From IMG/VR virus record IMGVR_UViG_3300045988_174371, positions 224,001 to 288,000 of that record: DNA of 64,000 bases; one strand, 5' to 3'. The position numbers and the translations under genes are program-made. This stretch comes from a virus. The notes under the pieces were generated by a model, which saw only the letters and a program-made list of their open reading frames with translations, made no database searches and was not told where the DNA came from. Below, in pieces: positions 8,975-16,823 of the stretch (position 1 is its first letter; each line of letters begins with the position of its first letter).

Positions 8975-9072
8975 TGATATGTGCGTTAAACCCGCTAATG
9001 CCTCACGGCATCGCCCGAGGAGTTAGCGGCAGAAAGCACGACAAAGCAACCTCACGAAAGGAACCCCGCCAT

Positions 9073-10269
9073 ATGGCAAAGGCACCCAAGCACACCACCG
9101 CCCCCACCAAGCAGGAGCCCGGCGAAGGTAGAAATAAAGCCCTTGAAGCTGTCATGGGGCAGATTGAGAAGAGCTACGGCAAGGGCGCTATTATGCGTCT
9201 CGACCAGAACGTAAACCGTGTCGAAGCTATTAGTACCGGCGCACCCTCACTTGACGCGGCGCTAGGTATTGGTGGCATCCCCAAGGGGCGAGTTATCGAG
9301 ATTTACGGTCCTGAATCCTCCGGTAAGACCACCGTTGCACTCCAAGCAATCGCCAACGTCCAGAAAGCAGGCGGCGTGGCGGCGTTCATCGACGCAGAGC
9401 ACGCACTTGACCCCATCTACGCCGCAAAGCTAGGTGTAGACATTGACAACCTCCTCGTATCTCAGCCTGACACTGGCGAGCAGGCTTTGGAAATCATGGA
9501 CATGCTCGTCGGCTCCGGCGCAGTGGAAATTGTTGTCCTCGACTCCGTAGCCGCCCTCGTCCCCCGCGCCGAAATCGAAGGTGATATGGGCGACTCCCAC
9601 GTCGGTCTACAGGCACGTCTCATGAGCCAGGCACTACGCAAGATTACTGGTCGCCTCAACGCAACCGGCACCACCGCAATCTTCATCAACCAGCTACGCG
9701 AGAAAATTGGCGTGTTCTTCGGCTCCCCCGAAACCACCACCGGCGGTAAGGCACTTAAGTTCTACGCATCTGTCCGAATCGACATCCGCCGCATTGAAAC
9801 CCTCAAGGACGGCGCGAACCCCATCGGTAACCGTACCCGCGCCAAGATTGTGAAGAACAAGATGGCTCCGCCGTTCAAGCAGGCAGAGTTTGACATCATG
9901 TATGGTGAAGGCGTATCAGCCATCTCCAGCATCGCTGACCTTGCCGTTGAATACAACATCGTGAAGAAGGGTGGTGCATGGTTTAGGTACCCGCCCAACT
10001 CAGATGAGCCCATCTTGAACATTAACGCAAGGTCTAACTTCATCAAGGAGCTCTCTAAGCCCGAGAACTACGAGACTCTGTTGGAGATTGGCAATCAGGT
10101 CGCCGCTAAAATTCTCCCAGACCAAGACTATGTGCTATACGCCCGCCAGTTCGAAGAGCCAGTCATCGACTACCACCCGGACACCTACACTCCTCCCACC
10201 CACACAACCTCCGCTGTAGCAGATACGGCGGAAGAAGGATTTGCTGAGGGCTTCCTCGACATCGACTAG
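9073..10269 (+). CDS. recA: Recombinase RecA
   Basis: Walker [10 protein letters not shown], Walker [21 protein letters not shown], and full-length colinearity with bacterial RecA as I know it. Start set at ATG 9073 (MAKAPKH, AAAGGA upstream); the track extension from 8965 is rejected. Long acidic C-terminal tail. Confidence 0.95.
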   Translation: MAKAPKHTTAPTKQEPGEGRNKALEAVMGQIEKSYGKGAIMRLDQNVNRVEAISTGAPSLDAALGIGGIPKGRVIEIYGPESSGKTTVALQAIANVQKAGGVAAFIDAEHALDPIYAAKLGVDIDNLLVSQPDTGEQALEIMDMLVGSGAVEIVVLDSVAALVPRAEIEGDMGDSHVGLQARLMSQALRKITGRLNATGTTAIFINQLREKIGVFFGSPETTTGGKALKFYASVRIDIRRIETLKDGANPIGNRTRAKIVKNKMAPPFKQAEFDIMYGEGVSAISSIADLAVEYNIVKKGGAWFRYPPNSDEPILNINARSNFIKELSKPENYETLLEIGNQVAAKILPDQDYVLYARQFEEPVIDYHPDTYTPPTHTTSAVADTAEEGFAEGFLDID

Positions 10270-10288
10270 CGTATCCTCGCAACAGCTT

Positions 10289-10350
10289 AAGCGCGCTACA
10301 GGCAAAGATAGATATACCAATTAAGGTCATTCTTTACCTGTAGCGCGCTT
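10289..10350 (+). promoter_or_regulatory. 14-bp perfect inverted repeat in the recA-recX spacer
   Basis: aagcgcgctacagg (10289-10302) and cctgtagcgcgctt (10337-10350) with a 34-nt spacer. No T-tract follows. Confidence 0.4.
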
Positions 10351-10388
10351 CGCTACAGCCTCCACCACGAAAGAGAGAAGGGGAACCT

Positions 10389-10874
10389 GTGACACTGCAA
10401 ACAATTGACATCGACCGCATCCGAAAGAAGCTCTCCAAGAAGGACGCACCCACACAGAGCATCATCGAACAGCTGGACGCGCTAGGCGCAGACCCCGAAA
10501 CCATTATCAGTGTCGTGGAAGACCTCACCTCTGAAGGATACCTAGACGATAGGCGCTACGCTGAGGAAGCTTTCTACAGCGACCAGAGGAAAGGCAAATC
10601 ATCTCTGCACACCTCAATGAGACTTGCCTCCGAAGGTATCCCTCCAACTATCATCGAGGGGGTCTCTAAAGCGCTGAACACCCAAGAGGTAGACGCTGAG
10701 AACGTCGTAAACCTCGCCGCGAAGTTCCTCAATCAGGAGCTAAACAAGAGCGAAGGTCAGGCAGAATGGCAACCCGATAAAGCTATCCAGCGGATACTAG
10801 GGAAGCTTGCCCGCCGTGGATACGACGAAGCAACAGCTGTTGAAGCTATTCGACAAGCACAACAGTCACTCTAG
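10389..10874 (+). CDS. recX: RecX family RecA regulator
   Basis: Lies immediately downstream of recA. Helical-repeat protein with EGYLDDRRYAEEAF, typical of RecX. GTG start with AGAAGGGG upstream. Confidence 0.8.
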   Translation: MTLQTIDIDRIRKKLSKKDAPTQSIIEQLDALGADPETIISVVEDLTSEGYLDDRRYAEEAFYSDQRKGKSSLHTSMRLASEGIPPTIIEGVSKALNTQEVDAENVVNLAAKFLNQELNKSEGQAEWQPDKAIQRILGKLARRGYDEATAVEAIRQAQQSL

Positions 10875-10896
10875 CCCAGCGAATAAGCCATAAAGC

Positions 10897-10950
10897 AATT
10901 GGTGAGGCACCCCATCAAGAAACTATTCTTGACAGGGTGCCTCACCAATT
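10897..10950. terminator. Bidirectional hairpin between convergent recX and the FtsK-like gene
   Basis: 16-bp perfect arms aattggtgaggcaccc (10897-10912) and gggtgcctcaccaatt (10935-10950). Confidence 0.6.
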
Positions 10951-10989
10951 CTGCATCTTACCGTGGCAGTCGCAACACCTCAGCGGCTA

Positions 10990-11976
10990 CTACTCCATAC
11001 CGCGAGAACCATGCTCACTAATGTACTCCATGTCCTCGCCCCATTCAGACATGACAACCTCATCTTCATCAATCTTCTCACCGAAGACAAGGGTCTGAGC
11101 GTTACCCTCAGCGTCAGTTTCGCCAGTGTGAACAATCGTCTGTCCGTCCACGACTTCCTGCGTAACATTGTGAGCATCTGCGTCCTGGGCGTTCTGGCTC
11201 AGCCAGTTATCGATAAACTCCGGCGCGGCAAAGAAGCCCTGGAAGTCATACAGCTTACCGTTAAGGTAAACCATACCTCTACCCTTAACGTTCGGGTCAA
11301 TCATCGTACCAGCACCAGACTCCAACGTCATAGCACTAGCCGCTGAAGTCAAGACACCCGCCGCAATACGACACATGAAGTTCGAACGAATTTCACCAGA
11401 GATAATCTTCGCATCCGGTCTCTGCATAGCCAGAACCAGGTGAACACCAGCCGCACGACCAAGACGCGCAATAGAGCCGATAAGAGTAAGCGCTTCACCC
11501 TTAAGAAGGTCATCTGCCTTACCCTCATCGGTCTTAACGCCAGTAGGTGAAAGAAGCTCAGCTGCCTCATCGACCATCACCATCACACGCTGACGGGAAC
11601 CGCCATCCTCAAGCTCTGGCAAGTCAATGTAGTTCTGGACACCATGACGCTCCATCAACTCATAACGTTGCATCATGGTCTGTTGCGCAAACCTAAGAAC
11701 CGTCAGCGCATCTTCCAGCGTGGTAGCGATACCCAACACCACGGGGACGTAAGGGCGGTAGACCGAAAGCTCAACCTTCTTGAGGTCAATACCCAAGAAG
11801 CGCCATGCATCCGGGCGCATAATACACTGGAAAACGAAGTTCCTCTGAAGGACGCTGTTGTGCGTAACAATAGACACACCATCGTCGCCACCAGAGCGAT
11901 ACAGCTTCTTCTTAGAACCTACGACAAAGCATCTTGACGGTACTGGCTCAACTTCTTCAATACTGGCTATCTGCAT
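10990..11976 (-). CDS. FtsK/SpoIIIE motor-domain homologue lacking a Walker A P-loop
   Basis: Colinear with the FtsK alpha/beta motor: IDLKKVELSVY, VMVMVDEAAELL (Walker B), GVHLVLAMQRPDAKIISGEIRSNFMCRIA. Where GxTGSGKS is expected the sequence reads IVTHNSVLQRN. No TM or gamma domain. Confidence 0.7.
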   Translation of the reverse strand: MQIASIEEVEPVPSRCFVVGSKKKLYRSGGDDGVSIVTHNSVLQRNFVFQCIMRPDAWRFLGIDLKKVELSVYRPYVPVVLGIATTLEDALTVLRFAQQTMMQRYELMERHGVQNYIDLPELEDGGSRQRVMVMVDEAAELLSPTGVKTDEGKADDLLKGEALTLIGSIARLGRAAGVHLVLAMQRPDAKIISGEIRSNFMCRIAAGVLTSAASAMTLESGAGTMIDPNVKGRGMVYLNGKLYDFQGFFAAPEFIDNWLSQNAQDADAHNVTQEVVDGQTIVHTGETDAEGNAQTLVFGEKIDEDEVVMSEWGEDMEYISEHGSRGME

Positions 11977-12096
11977 AAAACCTCCGCCAAGCTCAGGCGC
12001 GCAATAATCGTTTAATCAATCCATCCCACACCCCGAAACTCCCAAACGTTTCACGACGCAAAAGCCAGCAATATAGCCAAGCCAGAGGAAGAAAAG

Positions 12097-12144
12097 GTAA
12101 ACAAAATGGGTGTGGCGACGGTAAAACACCGCCACCACACCCAT
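12097..12144 (-). terminator. Intrinsic terminator after the 12192-12713 gene
   Basis: Arms atgggtgtgg (12106-12115) and ccacacccat (12135-12144). The minus strand continues TTTTGTTTACC. Confidence 0.6.
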
Positions 12145-12191
12145 AGCAAAGGTGCATAGCTAAACAGCTAGATTACCTAACGGTAAACCCG

Positions 12192-12713
12192 CTAGGAGTC
12201 AAAGATAAGTTCCACTCCCGCCGCTGTGCCAAGACGGGTGATAGTGCCAATAATGTGAACAGCTTCCGCCTCTGGTGAACCTTCTTCAAAGTCGGACTCC
12301 ACAACAGGGGCTACATCCCAAAGAGCTCGCGGCAACACTACCCTAAGTCGAGTGTGTTTGCCATTCGGAATAGCTGACGCTGGGAGGTCGCTGTACCTAG
12401 CTACAGCGTTAGATTCCATTAGCGTGTAGCGCTGGCAGATTGTCTCTTCTACGAAGCGAAGCAAGTCAAGCTCACTCTCAAGCACGCGGAACTTGCGTTC
12501 AGATGCAGGCATGTAAGGAAAGTCCTGCTCTGAAGGCAGGAGATGAGTATACCCCCAGCCGTTGTCAAGGTCATTCCCTAGAAAACGTCGCCACGCTTCC
12601 CTATTAACTAGCAAATAGAAATTGAGCGGCGGTTGCCCGCCAGTAGGATACGGGCGCGCTTCAAGGTGAATGTTGCGACTCGCGCAATTATCTTCCATAT
12701 AAGATGAAGTCAT
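12192..12713 (-). CDS. Truncated, degenerate FtsK-like paralogue (copy 3)
   Basis: Shares WRRFLGNDL, LDLLRFVEETICQRYTLMES and EAEAVHIIGTITRLGTAAGVELI with copies 1 and 2. No Walker A or Walker B. ATG 12713 has AAGGAG 6 nt upstream. Confidence 0.55.
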   Translation of the reverse strand: MTSSYMEDNCASRNIHLEARPYPTGGQPPLNFYLLVNREAWRRFLGNDLDNGWGYTHLLPSEQDFPYMPASERKFRVLESELDLLRFVEETICQRYTLMESNAVARYSDLPASAIPNGKHTRLRVVLPRALWDVAPVVESDFEEGSPEAEAVHIIGTITRLGTAAGVELIFDS

Positions 12714-12723
12714 ACCGTACTCC

Positions 12724-13275
12724 TTAAAAAGTATCTTCGTCAGATTGGGCATCACAAAACCTACAGCGCGAAGGCACCACCGGCAGGATGAGCTCTATTT
12801 CCGCCGGTGCACCGAGGCGCGCAATGGAGCCAATGATGCGGATAGCTTCTGCCTCATTCGAGCCTTCCTCAACCTCTTCGACGTTAGTATTATTTATCGC
12901 CTGCGCGGTCGAAGGCGACAGCTCCAACCTAAACCGAGTGTTCTTGCCATCTGGAAGAGCCGACACCGGAATGTCCTTGTATTCGTGGACGGAGAACTCC
13001 TCCATCATCTTGTAACGCTCCATCATCGTCTGTAGCGCAAACCTAAGCACCTTAAGGTCATCCTCAGACACCTCAAAACGTTCACGCTTAGATGCAGGCG
13101 CATAAGAAGCCATCTCAACCTTTTTAAGGTCAATGCCCAAGAACTCCCAGTCTGCCGGGCTCATGATGTGCTGGTAGACGAAGTTCTTATCCAGGATATT
13201 GTTGCCCGTTACCGTAGGCACAGATTCACTGGTAGTGCAGTCGCCACAGTTAGAAGGGCTGGAAGATGAAGTCAT
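12724..13275 (-). CDS. Truncated, degenerate FtsK-like paralogue (copy 2)
   Basis: VTGNNILDKNFVYQHIMSPADWEFLGIDLKKVEMASY, VLRFALQTMMERYKMMEE and EAEAIRIIGSIARLGAPAEIELI parallel the 328-aa protein. The P-loop and DE residues are absent. The 5' end (GGAGTACGTTATGACTTCATC) is nearly identical to that of copy 3. Confidence 0.55.
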   Translation of the reverse strand: MTSSSSPSNCGDCTTSESVPTVTGNNILDKNFVYQHIMSPADWEFLGIDLKKVEMASYAPASKRERFEVSEDDLKVLRFALQTMMERYKMMEEFSVHEYKDIPVSALPDGKNTRFRLELSPSTAQAINNTNVEEVEEGSNEAEAIRIIGSIARLGAPAEIELILPVVPSRCRFCDAQSDEDTF

Positions 13276-13306
13276 AACGTACTCCTCAAAGTTATTGTGT
13301 GTATTG

Positions 13307-13354
13307 TGCGAAAAGGTGTGTGACAGCAGTACCTATTACTGCCGTCACACACCT
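13307..13354 (-). terminator. Intrinsic terminator after the 13365-14063 gene
   Basis: 18-nt arms (one mismatch) aggtgtgtgacagcagta (13314-13331) and tactgccgtcacacacct (13337-13354). The minus strand continues TTTTCGC. Confidence 0.6.
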
Positions 13355-13364
13355 CAAGTCTAGG

Positions 13365-14063
13365 TTAGTCAAGCAGGGAGCTGACGAGGCTCACCTTCTC
13401 ATTCAAAGCGGGGAAAGTAATCGCAAGAATCTGCGGAACATCCAAATAGCGCCCCACCAGACCCGTAAAACGAGTATCCTCCTGAACAAGCTGAGGGTTA
13501 TACGCCTCCAGCGCATCAATATAAGCCTTAACAGGCTTACTCAGCGAAGCCAACTGCTTAGGCGGAACGTTCGTCACATCAGTTTCACCCTCAGGCAAAT
13601 CACCAGCAGTGTACAGGCGGTACTGTGCGCTCGAAGTGCTCTGACCGAAACCCTGAGCCTTCGCCTCATCAACCTCAGTGATGAACCACGCAGAGCTAGG
13701 CTCATGCTCACGCAAGATGTCCTGAAGCTCAAGGATAAGACGAACCTGACGAGCCTGCTCCTCAACAAGAGCCAAAGCCTCAAGCATGGATTCCACATGC
13801 ACCATGTCAGAAGACTTCACGATGAAAGACGAAGTGCTCTTCGACCATTCAACGTTAATGAACGCGCTAGGAACCTTACGGACAGCCTGCGAAATGAGGG
13901 TATCCTTCTTCTTCAGGTCAGGATTGCCGCGCAGACCCATCCACTCGGAAGCCTGCAAGAACCCCTCAGGGGAGCCTTCAGCAATGAAGCTGAAGTTCTT
14001 CTGCAACCAGCCGCGCACCTTCTCGTAGTTAGCCTCATTGCGGATAGGTGAGTAAAGACTCAT
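13365..14063 (-). CDS. Hypothetical protein (232 aa)
   Basis: Long ORF with AAGGAGAA upstream of the ATG. No motif recognised. Confidence 0.5.
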   Translation of the reverse strand: MSLYSPIRNEANYEKVRGWLQKNFSFIAEGSPEGFLQASEWMGLRGNPDLKKKDTLISQAVRKVPSAFINVEWSKSTSSFIVKSSDMVHVESMLEALALVEEQARQVRLILELQDILREHEPSSAWFITEVDEAKAQGFGQSTSSAQYRLYTAGDLPEGETDVTNVPPKQLASLSKPVKAYIDALEAYNPQLVQEDTRFTGLVGRYLDVPQILAITFPALNEKVSLVSSLLD

Positions 14064-14122
14064 TAGGTTTTCTCCTTAAAAATAGTGAACACAGTCCATA
14101 GTTTCTATAGCGGGAAACAGGG

Positions 14123-15259
14123 TTATTGGAAGCCTGCCAGCTTATCCCCAAAGAACTCACTAGCGCGGGTTCGCTTCTTCACAGGCGTGCGGGCAACCAG
14201 CGTGACTAGCCCAACATCAATATACCCCTTCTCGCTTTCAGGAAGCTCACTATAGAACTTGTCCAGAATCTTAGTGAAGCGCGGCGCGTCGATAGGCTTA
14301 AAGTCGGACTCATGCCACTCATCAACCATCAAGAACCTCACCGCCCCAGGGATGTACTCTGGCTCATCCGGGTTCATCCCATTATGCTCAGGGTTCTTCA
14401 CATCCTTAGGATGTATGTTCACAATGCCGCGAACATACCCACGCTTCTTGCCGCCAATGTAGTTCTGCCAGAGATACATTGCCTGCTTCATGCGCACATA
14501 CCTAGGGTACTTCTGCCCCGGCACGACGATAGAGTAGTTACTCTTATTCGTCTTAGGATTCTTCTTCTTAAATGAGTATACGGCACGAGGGTCATTCAAA
14601 TCCACCCCCGCTTTCCACATTTTCGAGTCGATAATCCACACCTGCGAACCAACCACGAGCACATGGTCAGTATCCGGCGAATCCACGACACCCAACTCCT
14701 CATCCGGGGAGCTGATGCTCTTCTGCTCCTCCGCCAATTCCTCAGGTGACTCCTCATTCAGGGGGACAATTTCAATCTCAGTCTTGACATCATCACCCTC
14801 TTTGCGGGGAATCGACACAGAATGACAAATCACCACATCCGGCTTATCATCAGCCCACTGCGCTAAAGCCTTGGCGGTCAGCTCTTCACCTTCGATACCG
14901 GCTTTAATCTTGCCGGTATTCGACGGTGAGTTCTTCCAATTCTTAGGCGGAAACTCTAGCGTGTTGTACAAGCTAGTTGCAGGTACGCCGAAGGTTCTAA
15001 TCGCCGCCTTCGCGCCAGGCTTCGACAAGTCGGCATCCTCCGGTATGTTCTTAAGATGCTCAACCACCGCTTCTACGCGCGCCTCCGCTTTACGTGCTCG
15101 CGTCGCGCCAATGTGGTCAAAGTATCCCTCCGGCGGCATCAATAGAGGCGCATAAATCTCAGGGTTCTCACTAGGCACTAGACCAGGGTCTACTTCCTGA
15201 GGCTCCTCGTGGCTCTTCTCGAACTGGGCAAATGCCTCTTCAAAGCTAATGGGTGACAT
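14123..15259 (-). CDS. NERD (nuclease-related domain) protein
   Basis: GIEGEELTAKALAQW ... VICHSVSIP ... DTDHVLVVGSQVWIIDSKMWKAG matches the NERD pattern (GxxGE, then a DxDH-hydrophobic-strand-xK block). Stop and start abut the 15260-16714 gene. Confidence 0.65.
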   Translation of the reverse strand: MSPISFEEAFAQFEKSHEEPQEVDPGLVPSENPEIYAPLLMPPEGYFDHIGATRARKAEARVEAVVEHLKNIPEDADLSKPGAKAAIRTFGVPATSLYNTLEFPPKNWKNSPSNTGKIKAGIEGEELTAKALAQWADDKPDVVICHSVSIPRKEGDDVKTEIEIVPLNEESPEELAEEQKSISSPDEELGVVDSPDTDHVLVVGSQVWIIDSKMWKAGVDLNDPRAVYSFKKKNPKTNKSNYSIVVPGQKYPRYVRMKQAMYLWQNYIGGKKRGYVRGIVNIHPKDVKNPEHNGMNPDEPEYIPGAVRFLMVDEWHESDFKPIDAPRFTKILDKFYSELPESEKGYIDVGLVTLVARTPVKKRTRASEFFGDKLAGFQ

Positions 15260-16714
15260 CTACACCTCCTCACTCTCAATAGTCAGCTCAGTAAAGGACA
15301 TTGTGCCCTTACCAGACATGTCAGCGTCACAACTCAGGGGTATCTGAACCTCTGCCCCCGCCTTCACTGTGTCAGCACGGAAAGTGCAAGTACCCAAGTC
15401 TGCCTTATTGAACCAGCTCAAAGGGTTGTACGCCTCGGAACCTGAAGCATGTACAGACCCATAAACACGGTGAGCATTCGTACTACCTTCGTTCTTGAGC
15501 ACAGCATAGTAGCCGCCGTCCTTACGCGCCACCCCCGTAACGGTAACCTTACCATTATCTGCAAGCTCAACACTAGAAGAACCAGACGGACTGAAGACCC
15601 TATCGCCAGTAATCTGACCGTTAATGAAACCACCTAGCAGGAAAACGAGTATCGCCAACGCAACCCCTGCCATACCGCGACCAGTTGGGGTGCCGGGGAC
15701 TGACTTCTTAAAAAGCCTGCCTAGGAGCGGTATTTTCCCGCCCTTCTGTAGGGCACCTGCAACCGTATCCAGGGCACGCAAGAAGAACGCCTTCACGCCA
15801 CCACTAGACCCCTTGGAAGACCCCTTCACGGCATCATCTGCCCCGATTTGTGCAGGTGGCGCAGGGGTTGCAGGTTTTTCATCCGGCTCATCCGCTAGAG
15901 GTTCGGCAATGTCATCATCAGCTAAAATTCCTTCGTTTAGCTCTTCCCATCGGATGAAGTCGTCCGGCTGAAGACTCTCCATTGCCTCGCTCTCGTTGAG
16001 GTCTTGCAGGAAAGTGTCAGCCCAACCAAAATATTCCCCATCTGCGTCCTTGAGCACGTATGCACCATCTGCATCTCGTGCAATGTCATCAGGGGGTGTT
16101 TCGCTTAGGTCGTTATCGGGTGCATCTTCAAAGTCGTCATCGAAGATGTCTTCCCAGCCTTCTTCTCCCTCTTCATCATCCGTATCAGCCTCAGAATGAG
16201 AGGTTTCTTCCGCTTCAGAGGATAGTTCACGGTAGATTTGCGATAAGTAGTCATCATCATCTTCTCCCTCTGCATCATCGTCATTAGTGATAGCTGGAGA
16301 GTAGTCGTCGTCCGGGCTGAAGCTTTCCTCTACAACGGAAGCCGCACGCTCGCTAGGGGACATTGCGTAATAGTCATCGTCTTCGTCCCAGTCGTCATCG
16401 TCATCCCAGGCTTCTTCTAAATCATCTGGCTCTTCTTCCTCAGTAGTGTAATCCTCAACTTGCTCATCATCAAAGACACCGAATTGAGCTGAATCACCTT
16501 GCAGGCTCGCCAATATAGCATTACCTGCTTCAGCCTCAGGGGTAGCATCCGACGTTTCTAGCGTGGCATCTTGCTCCGTTTCAGGGGCAGGGGCATCTTC
16601 CAGCAGAGGGAAGTCATCGGGGTTAATTCCCTCTGCTTCATCGCCTGCTACAGCTGTAGGTGGCGGCACAGGGACGACGGTAGAAGCCCTAAGTTTAGAA
16701 AGACGTATAGCCAT
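15260..16714 (-). CDS. Extremely acidic protein with one TM segment and a C-terminal beta-rich domain
   Basis: About 300 aa of D/E-rich sequence (DDDDWDEDDDYY, DTDDEEGEEGWEDIFDDDFED), then the TM segment GVALAILVFLLGGFI, then a roughly 110-aa beta-type domain. Confidence 0.5.
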   Translation of the reverse strand: MAIRLSKLRASTVVPVPPPTAVAGDEAEGINPDDFPLLEDAPAPETEQDATLETSDATPEAEAGNAILASLQGDSAQFGVFDDEQVEDYTTEEEEPDDLEEAWDDDDDWDEDDDYYAMSPSERAASVVEESFSPDDDYSPAITNDDDAEGEDDDDYLSQIYRELSSEAEETSHSEADTDDEEGEEGWEDIFDDDFEDAPDNDLSETPPDDIARDADGAYVLKDADGEYFGWADTFLQDLNESEAMESLQPDDFIRWEELNEGILADDDIAEPLADEPDEKPATPAPPAQIGADDAVKGSSKGSSGGVKAFFLRALDTVAGALQKGGKIPLLGRLFKKSVPGTPTGRGMAGVALAILVFLLGGFINGQITGDRVFSPSGSSSVELADNGKVTVTGVARKDGGYYAVLKNEGSTNAHRVYGSVHASGSEAYNPLSWFNKADLGTCTFRADTVKAGAEVQIPLSCDADMSGKGTMSFTELTIESEEV

Positions 16715-16744
16715 TAAAACCAGCTTTCATCAGGTGTAAATAGT

Positions 16745-16812
16745 AAGAGAAAATGTCGGGGTAATGAAGTGTTACAAAGAATATATCTGCAACATTCCAA
16801 TACCCCGACATT
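16745..16812 (-). terminator. Terminator-like hairpin after the dnaE C-fragment
   Basis: 12-bp arms aatgtcggggta (16752-16763) and taccccgacatt (16801-16812) with a 37-nt loop. The minus strand continues TTCTCTTAC. Confidence 0.4.
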
Positions 16813-16823
16813 AAAGGCAAGGT

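Noticed and set aside
8965-9072. 36-aa N-terminal extension of RecA in the track ORF. Similar upstream extensions appear in the track ORFs at 60007, 60882, 8973, 8114, 37495, 41307, 59771, 56177 and 56311.
   Set aside because: Internal ATG (or TTG) codons with good Shine-Dalgarno spacing give N-termini that match family expectations or signal peptides. The extensions overlap promoter-like sequence.
8902-9072. SOS/LexA box upstream of recA
   Set aside because: I looked for GAAC-N4-GTTC (Cheo-type) and TCGAAC-N4-GTTCGA palindromes. I found only an isolated GAAC with no symmetric partner.
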